A DNA stretch of 64,000 nucleotides, taken from the NCBI GenBank assembly GCA_026025075.1, contig JAPEUI010000010.1, positions 62,001 through 126,000 of the forward strand, given 5' to 3'. A program made the translations under genes and the position numbers. The notes under the pieces are model-generated. The model was not told the DNA's origin and did not search any database. It saw only the letters and a list, made by a program, of their open reading frames with translations. Shown here in pieces: positions 25,974 to 37,629 of this stretch (the stretch's first letter is position 1; every line of letters begins with the position of its first letter). Source of the DNA: Vezdaea acicularis (taxonomy: Eukaryota).

Positions 25974-26720
25974 TCAAGAATGACGATGATATTCGCAGAG
26001 ATTCCAATCCAACATGGAGATATACAGCAGAAACAGTGATCCAACCAACCCCATATGAATGATCTCCGCTTGACGCCACTCGTCCCGATATTGCCGATGT
26101 TCATTTCGTTCTTCCAGAGTTTCGGCGGGACCGTACGGATCTTCCGATGCCTCAGCCCCAAGCGGACGCCAGTCTTCCTGTTGAAGTATTCCTGGATAGT
26201 ATCTGCGAAAAGAATGCTGTGCAGCTGCCAGGACTATCAATACCAACAGCGCTTCCCACACAATCCGAAGTACAGGCCATGTCGTTTCAGCGCACCAGAA
26301 GTCGAAGTGATTATATGACGGGCTTGCGAAATGTATAACGGTAGGGACAAGAACGAGATAGGCGATGGTAATGATCGAAAGGAAAGTTCTGGACCGAGAA
26401 GAACCGACAGCGGTAATAAACCGACCATTTTTGCGAATTTTGTTGCGATTGTCGTACCGCCGTTTGGCCATCTTTTCACTTCGTGTCATCTCATTGAGGG
26501 GGATGGATGGGTCGGCGGCGTTCATCTCGATACTAATCGAGCCGCGTGAAGGCCGATTGACATCGTGAGAGTGTGGCGGAGACGGAGAACGGGACAAGCT
26601 GTTGCTGGACCGAGAGGAGGGAGATATGTTGAAACCCTCTTCTTCTGATAGGTCTTCTTCAGATAGAAGTGGTTCCGCCTCTGCAAGATATGGTGGGGGA
26701 TGGAGGAGACGGTCTGACAT
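25974..26720 (-). CDS. Orphan protein, 248 aa, Ser-rich N-terminus plus 3 hydrophobic segments
   Basis: Intronless ATG ORF with hydrophobic runs FLSIITIAYLVLVPTVI, VWEALLVLIVLAAA, MGLVGSLFLLYISML; shares motifs with the ORF at 45984-46493. Confidence 0.7.
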   Translation of the reverse strand: MSDRLLHPPPYLAEAEPLLSEEDLSEEEGFNISPSSRSSNSLSRSPSPPHSHDVNRPSRGSISIEMNAADPSIPLNEMTRSEKMAKRRYDNRNKIRKNGRFITAVGSSRSRTFLSIITIAYLVLVPTVIHFASPSYNHFDFWCAETTWPVLRIVWEALLVLIVLAAAQHSFRRYYPGILQQEDWRPLGAEASEDPYGPAETLEERNEHRQYRDEWRQAEIIHMGLVGSLFLLYISMLDWNLCEYHRHS

Positions 26721-28170
26721 CGTGAAAGCAGTTGATGTTATGAGTATTGGTTGATATTATGAGGATTGAACAGCAGCAAAGGAAAGAACGAAGACAGATG
26801 TAAGAAAGATCAGGAAATGGCTGTGGTTAAATAGGATAGAATCTAGCTCTATTCGGTACCAAACTTGAACGGTCTTGCCACACCACATGCTATGCCGTGT
26901 GTAAAATCGTTGAGACTGCAGAGCCGGTCTCGTTGCTTGGGGGAACCAAAGAAAATGGGAGGCTACACCATGTGGGAAATCGTTGAGACTGCAGATCCGT
27001 TCTTGTTGCTCTGTGGGACCCAAAGGAAATGGGGGAGGTCAGGTTATGGATCTCGCTGTCTGACACTTTCGAATTCGTGTCATCTGATTAAGGGGGATAG
27101 GTGGGTCGACGGCGTTCGTGTCCACACTGAACGAGCCGCGGGAAGGCTGGTTGACATCGTAAGAGCTTGGTGGAGATCGAGATCGGGACAGGCTAGTGCG
27201 GGACTGAGAGGGGGGAGACATGACGATAGTTGTTAGATTATTATCGTCAGCGCAGGATCAGTCTTGTTGCTTGGGGAGACCCAAATGAAATGGGGGAGGT
27301 CAGGTTATGGATCCCGCTGTCTGATACTTCTGACTTCGTGTCATCTGATTGAGGGGGGATAGATGGGTCGGCGGCGTTCATGTCCACACTGAACGAGCCG
27401 CGGGAAGGCTGATCAGCATTGAGGAAGCTCGCCGGAGATCGAGAACGAGACAAGCTGTAGCGGGCCTGGGAGGAGGAAGACATGACGGTAATTGACTGAT
27501 TGTTCTTGTCAGTGTAATTATTCCGCGAGTAAGCTGATCAGCATTGAGGAAGCCCGCCGGAGATCGAGAACGGGACAAGCTGTGGCGGGCCTGGGAGGAG
27601 GAAGACATGACGGTAATTGACTGATTGTTCTTGTCGGTGTGATTATTCTTTTTGTTGAAAAGGTCTTCTTCAGATAGAAGAGACTCCGCTTCTGCACCAC
27701 CCTCATCCTGATCTTCATATCATGGGAGCCCTCCCAGTATACCAGCTCCCGGGGGGCTGATTGACATCGTGAGATCTTGGCCGAGACCGAGAACACGCCA
27801 AGCAGTAGCAGGACCAAGAAGAGAGAGCCGTGACGGTGATTGACAGATCGATATGACGAAAACTCTCGCCCAAAAGAGGTTCTGCTTCAGATAGAAGCAG
27901 TCCCGCTTCTGCGAAATGTGGTGAGGGATAGAGAAGACGGTCTCCCATCGTGGAAATAGCTGAATTTATACGGATTTGAACAGCGGCCAAGGCAAGGAAT
28001 GAAGGCCGATTTAAGAAAGGCTAGGAAGGCGGGGGGGGGAGACTTTTGGGGAAGTGGCGGGTGGAAAGGGGGAGGAAGGAAGGAGGAGAAGGAGGAGGAG
28101 AAGGAGATGGGAGACGCGACTCCCTGTACCGTCCTCATCTTCATATCATGGGAGACCTCCCAGTGCACTG
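26478..28170 (-). repeat. Mosaic array of degenerate partial duplications of the 5' half of the 25974-26720 gene
   Basis: The block TTCGTGTCATCT...GGGTCG(G/A)CGGCGTTC...GAGCCGCG...GGACAAGCT recurs at about 26480, 27075 and 27335, partially at 27533 and 27757; the start region MSDRLLHPPP is copied as MGDRLLYPSP at about 27900-27950. Confidence 0.85.
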
Positions 28171-31100
28171 GCGCAGGGTGATACGATAGAAAGTCCGAAC
28201 ACAACAACACCCACCACAACCCCGCATCACGCATCACGCATCACGCATCGCGCCGCAGCTCAACAGCATATCCAGCCTCCCTTTCTTCTCACAAGCCCAT
28301 CACTCAAACCATGGGGGAACCCCCGAGGAGTTCATCGTGTCTGACAACTTTTTTTTTTTCTTTCTGGTGCACGAGTTACGCGGTGACATGGGGCGTCGTT
28401 ATACTAAGTTATACTTTCCGATTACCTTTTTTGACTTTCCGGTTTAGACTTCCTGCTCGGTACAGGAGTTCGTGGGGGGGGTGGTGGGTGGGCTTCCGAG
28501 GCTTATTTCGGCCGAACATTCTCCTTTCGCCTCCTCCTGCTCTTCCTTCTCGTTCGTATGTCTGTGTGTGGCTGGTACAGACTTTTGGGAATGTTTTGAG
28601 GTTTTGTTTCTCACGCGAGGCTCCACGAACACCTTCCCCGTCCCGAGAAAATGTCATTTCCCCCGTTACACCCCTCATCGGACACTTTTTCTGCATCAGC
28701 TTGGGTGCTCAGCCCTTTCCCATTCCGTGCTCAGCGCCATCACGCCCGTAACCCCACTTCGCTCGAAATAAGATTTTAGAGCCCGCGTCCGTCGCCAGGG
28801 TGCATGAGTTGTGAGAAAAGGGCGTGTGGCAGCAGCAACGCCGTATCCCGGTCGGTGGGGACGAAAGTGGGCGCGGTTCGAGATTTGAGAACGAGCCGCG
28901 TCAGCTTATCGCTCCGAAGAGAGAAGCGAGCGCGCTGTGGTTCGTTCGAGGCTGTATAACCCTGCGGACGAAGAGGGTATTTGTGGGATGCGTGCTCGGC
29001 TTGTGGGGCTTGTCTTTGTTCTTGTCTTGTCTTGGCTCTTTCATGCCGCTGCTGCTGCGGTAATGGTGGCGTTGCGGGTGGAAGGGCAGGTAAGCATTCG
29101 GACGGAACGAAGTTGAAGTTCATCGGATGTTTCGTCGAAACGTTCCATTGTAAGCGAGATTCAGCGTGCGGTGACGATCCGCGATGAGTTGATTTGTCTA
29201 TGTGCGGGATCTTCTTGCAACAACAACCCTGGTCTCTCGGTCCTGGTGGGAAGACTGGCGGCGAGCTTGTTTCGATGGATAAGCAGAGTTCAGTCCGTCA
29301 CCATCAACCGTTGTGCTGAAGGCAAAGCCATGACGATGGGAACACTTTCGCTTCGGAGAGCTCGGTGGTGGTGGTGGTGGGTGGCCGCCAAGATCGAAGC
29401 TGCACGAGCATCCAGCGCACGGATCGCAGGGAGGTGGAAAGGACGATGGACTGACGGAGAGAAAAAGTGACGATGCTGCGTGCGCTCTCACGGATGAGCG
29501 TGGTCCCGCGATCCGTGCCGGTGTTTCCTCGCTGCCACTTGCTCCACTGTCTGCCTGCTGCTGCTGTTGCTTGATTGACCGATTGCTCGCCGTTACGATG
29601 GCGCCAAGACTTTTCCTGCCGGGCTCACGAGGTGGACCCATGGTCGGCGCCCTCCCCCATGTCTGCTGCGCAGTGTCCCTCATCCGCCGTTTTCAAATCT
29701 CCAGCGCTTGGCTCCGGAATGGTTGTGTCTCTGAAATGGAATGGTGGAGGCGAAAAGAGCGCGACTTCCGAGCGTCGATGCCGGGGTCGTAGTTGTTTCA
29801 ACGCCATCACCATCCGTCTCGGCGAGAAGACTGGGGGCCAAGGGCTGGGCAGATGGCTCGGCGTCTGGCAAGCTCTGCTCTGCTGCAGTGACATCTACTC
29901 GCAGGCGATCCCACCGCCGCCGCCGCCGCGTCGGGGGTTGGGTGGAGGGGGGGGGGTGTAAAGGATGGCGCACGCGTCCGGAAGCGGATGGGGCGAGCAA
30001 GGTGTTATTTTATGGTTAAAAGCACAAGCTTTCCCATTTTTCCGCTTCTGGCGTGGGAGCGATGGGGGCCCGCACTGCTTTTCTTTCCGCCTCGTGCGAC
30101 GGCGAGCGAGCCACCTTCGCATGGCATCTTCCGTCCATGCCCCATGAGGGGGGACGCCGCTTCTTGGCCCTTTCTCGCGCGTGCCAAGGGCGGCATGGCG
30201 TGACCGTGACTGCGATGGCTGTGACTGCGTTTGATCGTGACGGTGAGAAGATGGTCGGTCGTGAGGCCACGCAAGCTGGGCGGTGCGGAGACCACGGACG
30301 AACCGCTCTCCATCGTATAGGAATCCAGCAGGACCCGGCCGCCGGAAGCAACAGACAAGAGTACGAGCGCCCCGTCCGCTCCGTCGAAGGGGGAGATGAC
30401 GACGATGCAAAGCCTCCTCCTCCTCCTCCGCTCATCCTGTCGCATCCGCTCCCCCTTCTGCCTCTGCAGCGACCGCGTCTCGTCTCGTCTGCCGCCCATG
30501 TCGCACCCCTCCTGCGCCATGCAATGCACCGTTCGCACCCCGGCAAACCCAAAAAGAGTGTTTTGACGTGCTGCCCTCTCTCTCTCTCTCTCCCCCCCAA
30601 GCCTCTTGGACGGGCGCGCCTAACCCTTTCTCGAACACCTCCCCCCCTTGCTCGCCGACCGCCGCATCCCAGTGCCCACCATGGCTTCTCTCTCGACCAG
30701 CGGCCGGCCGCATGCTAGCGACGCTCTGGGCAATCGACTAGTTTGTCTTGGGAGCTCGTCGTGCGAGTGGCGGACGAGCAGGATCAAAAGGCCTTGGGTC
30801 AGGAGAAAGGAAAGGGCAGGCGCCCCCCACGAGCAACTTGATGCAGGAGGCGCGCTCGTCATTCCACATGCCGATCCAGATGCCCGCGTCCTCCGCGAAA
30901 GCCTTTTTTTCTCCTGCACACGAAACCGCGCTCGTTGCAAAGTTGGCCCAGAAAAGGTGGCGCCAAGGCGATAGGAGGGGGGGAGCTAGAGGATGGAGCA
31001 ACGTAACCGTGAGAAATGTCAAATCAGTGGAGCCCAGTCGAGGTGGACCCGAACCCACCACGACCGAGCCAAGAAATGCGCCAATTGCACCATAGCAGTG

Positions 31101-31774
31101 ACCGTGGCTTTATAACCTTGATTGTCCCCCCCTCCCCGGTCCCTCCGCCCCCAGACGATATCAGACGAGCCCATTGGGTGTCTGACTGGTGGTCGATTGG
31201 TGTCTGATTGGTGTCTGGGCGGGTGGTACCGCCAAGGCCGGCGGCGTGGGCTGGGCATCTGGGCACGAGCTGACGGCCATCGCGCGCGTGCGCCGCACCG
31301 GACGCGGCCGTGGCAAGGCATCTGGGCATCTGGCATCATGACTTGCTCGAGCCCATGATGGGGGCCGAAAGCGCGAGAGGATGACCGTGCTTGGTCATGC
31401 CCGCCAGAAAAAAGGGAGAAGGCGGCTGGCGCTGACGGACGGCACCCTCCGCGGATCTGGGCCGCCAGAAGGAGTCTAGTTGGTCCTCACAATAACTCCG
31501 ATAGTTGGTCACTCGTAAACGGACAGATGGGCATTGGCCCCAAAGCATCGGTCGAGGTCGTACAGAAAGCCGCAGACGGCGGTCGTTCGACTCGATCGGC
31601 CGTTTGCCAGAAGCCGAACTGACCGCATCGTCTGCTCGAGGGCCGTGCTTTCCGCGTCCGCTGCGTGGCAGTCCGAGCCGTGGCGTTGCGTTTCACTCGG
31701 ATCGGCGCAAAAAAAGCTTAAGGTTAAGAAGGTTGTCTCGACTGGCGTGCGTCGCTACTGGTCTGACGAGACGC

Positions 31775-31780
31775 TATAAA
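31775..31780 (+). promoter_or_regulatory. TATA box candidate for pac2
   Basis: TATAAA followed by a pyrimidine-rich tract, about 320 bp upstream of the ATG. Confidence 0.5.
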
Positions 31781-32097
31781 CTTCGTGACCCACCACTCCC
31801 TGTTCCCTGCCTTCCTCCCCCCAGCACGGCCTCCCCTTCAAACATCTGCCCGCGCGCCCGCCCTTTCCTTCTTCGTGCCTCGTGCCTCGTTCGTCGTGCT
31901 TCATTTTTTCTCCTCCCACTGACCGCCTCTTGCGTGGGATCGCAGTGCTCTATATCACCCTCGCCGTCTCCGGTTCAAAACATCCACTCGCTTTCCGCGG
32001 CCGCGTCACATTCCCTCGCCTTCCCCCAACAACCCTCCCCCCTTCCCACACTGGGCAAAAAGCGCTCGATTGGAGTCCATGGGCCGCCGAACGAATC

Positions 32098-33525
32098 ATG
32101 GAGACTTATCATGGTCATGTGAGGACGCCAGCTGACGCCATCATACTCTTCGAGGCATGTCGACTGGGCCGTCTGCCCCGAGTGCAACGGCGCCTGTCGG
32201 AGAAGGAACGACAGTCGATCAGGTCGGGCTCGGTCTTTGTGTGGGATGAGAGTGAAGCGGGCATGCGGAGGTGGACGGACGGGAAATCATGGAGTGCGAG
32301 TCGGGTCTCGGGGAGTTTTCTGACATATCGAGAGATGGAAGGGAAGAGAGGTGGTGGTGGAGCGTTTGCACCGCCGACGACATCGTCGAGGGCCGGAAAG
32401 ACGCCAGACAGCAGGGGGGGGAGCGAGTCGGATCATGAGATGGGCGAGGATGGGCCGGACGGGTACAGGTACAAGCCAGACGGCCTGATGAAGCAATCGT
32501 TCAGCATCACGACGTCCACGAACCAGCATCTTCATCTGATCAGCTACTATGCTCGGTCGCACCCAACGGCTCAAGGAATGAACCAGCCGACAAACGATCC
32601 TAATCTACGACATATTCGACCTCAGAAGGGCATGTACCCCGAGTCTACCATTCACGAACAGTCCACAGTGCCCGTCGTCACGAGAGGCCCGATGAGCAAC
32701 GGACCATACGCGCCATCACCTCACCAGCTGCCTGCACCAGGTCCCGCTGGGTACGGTCGCCCACCTTACGGGCAATATCCAGCTCAGCCGATGCCAGGAT
32801 ACCAAGTCCCGCCTCAGGGCTATCAATGGCCTCAGAGTTCTCTACCTCCAAACCCTTACGCGCCCAATCCGTACGGCCAGATGCAACCGAACGGCAGCGT
32901 CGGAAACTCGCCATTGCAATACCAGAGCGGCCTCGTCCCGCCCACGGGCCATCCGCAGAACCCTTACGACGGACCTCCACCGACCAGCCTGCCCCCAGGT
33001 CCCCCGTCGATCCCGCGCCGCAGCTCACCACTCCCAGTCTACATCCCGAACCCGTCTCCACGCGTCGCCCAATCCACCATCCTCGCCCAACAAGCACAGC
33101 AAGCAGCACAGCATCAGCAGCAGCAACAACAACACCACTCGCAACCACCATCCCTGGCCTCCTCCCTCCTCGCCTCCGCCTCGAAAATCGACCCCCGCCT
33201 CGTCTCCCCCCTCACCAACCCGCCCCTCCGCCACGACCAAAACGGGACCCAGACCCCCCCGATCGACGTCCTCAACCCCATCCGCGACCCCAGCATCTCC
33301 AGCAACACCATCCCCAGCCTCGGCGCCATGATGAAGGGGCCCCCCTCCTCCTCCGTCGTCACCGACGCCGCGGACCCTCGCAGCGCCCCGACGAGCAGAC
33401 AGAGTAGCCGCAGCCCCGGCGGCTCCAAGAAACCCTCCGGACCCAAGGATATCCCGAACGAGAAACTCGTCTTCGCCGAGGATACGCGCGCCATTCGCGT
33501 GCTTGATCGTGGCTTCAGAGCGTGA
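32098..33525 (+). CDS. PAC2: Gti1/Pac2 (WOPR) family transcription factor, Pac2 clade
   Basis: METYHGHVRTPADAIILFEAC...RSGSVFVWDE.EAGMRRWTDGKSWSASRVSGSFLTYREM, YKPDGLMKQSFS...HLHLISYY; Pro/Gln-rich tail. Confidence 0.93.
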   Translation: METYHGHVRTPADAIILFEACRLGRLPRVQRRLSEKERQSIRSGSVFVWDESEAGMRRWTDGKSWSASRVSGSFLTYREMEGKRGGGGAFAPPTTSSRAGKTPDSRGGSESDHEMGEDGPDGYRYKPDGLMKQSFSITTSTNQHLHLISYYARSHPTAQGMNQPTNDPNLRHIRPQKGMYPESTIHEQSTVPVVTRGPMSNGPYAPSPHQLPAPGPAGYGRPPYGQYPAQPMPGYQVPPQGYQWPQSSLPPNPYAPNPYGQMQPNGSVGNSPLQYQSGLVPPTGHPQNPYDGPPPTSLPPGPPSIPRRSSPLPVYIPNPSPRVAQSTILAQQAQQAAQHQQQQQQHHSQPPSLASSLLASASKIDPRLVSPLTNPPLRHDQNGTQTPPIDVLNPIRDPSISSNTIPSLGAMMKGPPSSSVVTDAADPRSAPTSRQSSRSPGGSKKPSGPKDIPNEKLVFAEDTRAIRVLDRGFRA

Positions 33526-33537
33526 GATTTCTTGAAA

Positions 33538-33541
<4 letters not shown>

Positions 33542-33572
<31 letters not shown>
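33542..33572. repeat. (CA)n microsatellite in the pac2 3' UTR
   Basis: About 15 uninterrupted AC units. Confidence 0.95.
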
Positions 33573-33577
<5 letters not shown>

Positions 33578-34387
33578 ATACATGATCATTTCACTGCCTC
33601 CGGAGGGGTTTTTAACGACATGGACGGATAGAACGCATGCTTGCATTTTAGGACCGGGTCCGGCATTTCTCTGCGTTTCATCTGACTTTCACTTTTTCCT
33701 TTTTCCTTTTCGTCACGAATCTCATGCAGTCTTGTGCATACCTGTCCCCCCTTCCCCCTTGGCAAGCGATCTCCGGCTTTCAAGAAAAGAATTCACATAC
33801 ATACGTCTGCTTTTTCCCGGCATTTTGGCGGACAACTCTTCCTCCTTTCTTTTTTTTCCTTTTGCGCTCGCTTTCTCATCGGCCGGGTTTAGGCTCGTGC
33901 TTGGGCTCGTGCGGTCTTGCATCTTTTCTTTGAATCATGTATACCGGCGTTCCTTCTCAGATTACGTGTGTGGGAGGAAGGGAGGAAGGGCTTTGTCTGC
34001 GCGCGGATGCGAAGATGGGATGGGATGGGATGATTGCGAGCAAGCATATATACGTCCTGCCTTTGTTCTTGTGCTTGTGCTCCTTTTTTGCTGGTTGGAA
34101 TCCCCCGGGGAAAGAGAAGAGGGAGAGGGAGGAAGCATAGATAGATCCCCTGCCTGATTGCCTGCCTTCTGCTCCCATGGAAGTGGGTGGTAGATTAGAT
34201 TAGAAGTATAGCGTTATATTGGCATTTACCCCCAATATTCAACCCTCCAAACCCAACCCCCCCTTTCTTCTTTGACTTGTTCGGAACCAAGACTTTCCGA
34301 GTAAGTGCCAATAAGGGGCACCTCTCGCACATATCAATAGGGTTAGTGTAGTATGTCCCACCCAAAAAACCCCCTCACCCCGACTCC

Positions 34388-35070
34388 TCAGCCACCTGGC
34401 CCTTCCTCCCTCTGCACGAGTTCATACTCACCCCTCACGGCTCCATCCGGCGCAGTAGCCGCAGCCGCAGCCGCACCACCACCAAAGCTAATCGGCCGCA
34501 TCTCTCGCCAGCGACAGCTCCAGACGCCGAGAGCGGTCATGAGGGCGGCGCTGGCGGCTTGCAGGGCCCACCAGAGGGCGTGGGAGGGGATGGCGCGGGT
34601 GTAGAGGGAGGTGAGGAGGAGGTGGAGGAGGTGGATTGTGAGTGCGAAGTCGGGGATTAGTTTCGAGCGGGCGATTAGGAGGAGGAGGGATATGGCACTG
34701 TGGAAAGAAAAAGGGGGGGTTAGGCCGGTTGGTTCGTTGAAGGGAGGGGAGGGGAGAGAAGGATGAGGGACGGTGTAGGAAAAGGGGGGCAAGTGGAAAG
34801 GAAACGGTGAAAAACGCACCCAAAAACCGCATTCACCAACCACACAAACCCCACCAGCCAGCCTAACGTCGTATCCCCCCGCACCCGCCGCCAATCGAGT
34901 ATCAACCCGGCATCCACCCGCGCCCCGGCCACCACCGCCGTGAAGCAGATCAGGAACGAGCCCGTGGCGTAGTAGATCGCCTGCAGCGCCAGGATCTGCG
35001 TCGCGATGCGGAGAGGGGACAGGGCGTTCAGGGCGCCGGCCCGCGGCGGTTTGCGTGGCGGTCGCGCCAT
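34388..35070 (-). CDS. SYS1: Golgi integral membrane protein Sys1
   Basis: MARPPRKPPRAGAL..LSPLRIATQILALQAIYY...DWRRVRGDTTLGW; exon 2 ARSKLIPDFALTIHLLHL...WW...CRWREMRPISFG; intron at about 34698-34819. Confidence 0.88.
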
Positions 35071-35949
35071 GGGGTGGAGAGTTAGGTGGGGGTGTTAGGA
35101 TGGGGTGGAGGGCATGGTGGTTGTGGGTGGAGCTGGGGAGGGATGGAGGGAGGGAGGGATTTGGATGGACTGCCGGGGAGGAGAGCGTTGGGAAGAGGAG
35201 AGCGCGCGCGCACGCGTGCGTGTGTGTGTATGTAGTCGGCGTCCTAGTGATGGCTTCCGCACCTCCTGTCCGTCGTTTGCCTTGGACTCCTGTCTCCCAG
35301 CCGCGCCCGCCCGATGTATCGTTCGCCGTATCGTCCACTATATCCTTCGTCCGTGTATCCTATCTCGCCGTTGTCATGGCATAACAGCAGCAGCAGCAGC
35401 GTGGGGTTTCGATGATGATCGTGGTAGTGGTGGTGGTGGTGGTGGTTGTAGAAGCGCTATGACATACGTAAGGAGCGAGTCCGCCCTTTTCCCCGGTCAC
35501 TCTTCCTAAATCACGTGTTGCTGTGTTGGACCTGACTCCCGAGGCGACTATCAAAAAGTATTGCATACGCAAACAGGCGAAAGCGAGGTCACCCTACTCA
35601 AATCGGACAATGACAAGGAGAGTAGAGCGGCGCCATACAGACTCAAATCTTCTCGTAAATGACGGTACATATTGCACAGCGAATGCAGTGTACGAAACTA
35701 GATTTCTGGAGAACTTCGGCCAAATTTGGTGCTTCAATAGGGTTCCGCAGGCGGCTAATCATCTTGCGTATGCGAGACTTTCGATGCCCGCCTCGTCCAC
35801 ACCATCATAATATGCTGCTCAGCCTTGTGCCCATTTGTTGCGCCCGGTTGCTAATCGCTTCAGAACCCCCCGCCTTGTTGCTCTCTTGAAAACATCCATC
35901 TCCACATGTCGTTTTCACCAGATCAATCATTCTTCAAAGGTTCCTCAGT

Positions 35950-37062
35950 ATGGCAGAGGTCGTTGGCACATTTGCGAGCGTCCTGACTATTACTGTGCTC
36001 TTCAAAGCATGCGTCAATGCGTTTGACTTGGTGCAAGCTGCACGCCATCAAGAAGCCAACTATAATCGCTTGCTGGTGAAATTCAACATTGAGAAATGCA
36101 GACTGTATACATGGGGTCAGATGATGAGACTGACAAGTACATCCGAACACGACAAATCTCACCCTCTTGACTCATTCCAATTCCGAGGCCTTGTCACTCA
36201 GACCTTACAAACGTTATATGACCTATTCAGCGACACCCAGAGAATTCAAGAACGTTATGGATGCCGAGAAGCCACAAGCTTGGCGATAGATAGTGGTAAA
36301 GGAGAAACCCTTATTGACTCTATCACGGCTGCTTTTCTGCACTTTCAAAATAATTCTCATGATGGAGGAGAGATGAACTTGAGGCTGAAGGCAAGATGGG
36401 TGATCAGAGATCAAAAGAAATTTGCAGAACTTGTTTTACAGGTCAAAGAATTGGTCGACGGGCTTCAGGAGATCACAAAGTCTATAGCCCCCGTTATACA
36501 ACAAGAATCAGCCATGACCGATCGTATTACCGCAATTGCTGATGCGGAGACGTTACAGCTTGTCTCGGAAGTCTGCGAAAAAGATCATCCTATGTTCTCA
36601 CAGGCTGCTTCCTTAAGATCGGAGATATTGTCAATGTCCGATGCAAGAAGATTAGAGATTGAAGCCTGGGTGGCCGATGAAACATCAGTTGTGGATCCTG
36701 AGATACTCGACTTGGAAGAGATGAGCTTACCAGAATTGAAGCATCATGTATTTTTGCTTCTGAAACAACGCCAGCAGCTTAAAGACGAGTACTCGAACAT
36801 GATTTGCCTTTTTACTGGTCTAAGGTATCTTGACGATGATCTTATCTCAATTATGGCTAGGAGAAAACTTGAAAACGTTTCAGGAAGGATATCTTCAGTA
36901 ACATACTCACTTCGAGTAACACTTCGAGTAACTGCGCTATTTTTACGTCAAGGTGTATTCAGAATTGTTGGCGCACAAGCAAAGGCTCCCCCATGGGTAA
37001 ATACTATACACTCTAAGGCACAAAACGCCCTCACAGGGCGACGGGCATGGCGCAGTGCATGA
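35950..37062 (+). CDS. HeLo (prion-inhibition and propagation) domain protein; possible spliced, stop-interrupted C-terminal extension to 37421
   Basis: MAEVVGTFASVLTITVLFKACVNAFDLV...LLVKFNIEKCRLYTWG..., RYG, ARWVIRDQKKFAELVLQVKELVDGL are HeLo hallmark motifs. Confidence 0.85.
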   Translation: MAEVVGTFASVLTITVLFKACVNAFDLVQAARHQEANYNRLLVKFNIEKCRLYTWGQMMRLTSTSEHDKSHPLDSFQFRGLVTQTLQTLYDLFSDTQRIQERYGCREATSLAIDSGKGETLIDSITAAFLHFQNNSHDGGEMNLRLKARWVIRDQKKFAELVLQVKELVDGLQEITKSIAPVIQQESAMTDRITAIADAETLQLVSEVCEKDHPMFSQAASLRSEILSMSDARRLEIEAWVADETSVVDPEILDLEEMSLPELKHHVFLLLKQRQQLKDEYSNMICLFTGLRYLDDDLISIMARRKLENVSGRISSVTYSLRVTLRVTALFLRQGVFRIVGAQAKAPPWVNTIHSKAQNALTGRRAWRSA

Positions 37063-37629
37063 TACTACAAAAACAATAGAGGCGTAGTACTCTAGAGCTC
37101 ATACCAAGAAGAATTGCCACAAAATTGCTAATGAAGTTTGAGCTGTTGAGAGTAACATACGTTGATGGGTACACAAGCGCCCAGCTTGCTTCCGCGCCAT
37201 CAATTTTGACCACAGCCTCGTTACCTGGATTATTCACCTTATCGTGTATAGGTACGTCTGAAATCGGAATGGATGTTTTGAGCAATCCAGATTTTTGAGT
37301 GTATTGGGCAATGGCAGTCCCGTCAACAGCTACATCAATTGCGATATACTGGCTAATGGTCCAAAAATCTCAAATCAAACTTGAGGAATCACACGCAAAG
37401 AACCGAATTGATGCCCCTTAAACCTGATCAGCTAGAGAACGACCTCTCCAGCGACGCTCCTCTCGAATAAATCAACACAAGAGCATTCCCATTTTGACAA
37501 CGCCGAGGGTCTGAGCTATATCCCACTACCAGCAGCGATCAAGAGCCCGCTGCAAACCATAAATCCAGCCACACAAGACGACTGGTGCATACATTGTATA
37601 AGACTAGATAGGGGGCGGTCCTCGGGCTA

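Noticed and set aside
26478..28170. CRISPR-like or transposon interpretation of the repeat array
   Set aside because: Units are long, irregular, diverged and derived from the adjacent gene; there are no constant repeats, TIRs, LTRs or transposase.
28776..31700. Many overlapping 100-220 aa ORFs
   Set aside because: Low-complexity Arg/Pro/Gly translations in GC-rich DNA with no motifs or consistent codon bias.
36640..37062. HET-s-like amyloid motif after the HeLo domain
   Set aside because: No N/G/Q-rich pseudo-repeat is visible and there is no adjacent NLR gene in the window.
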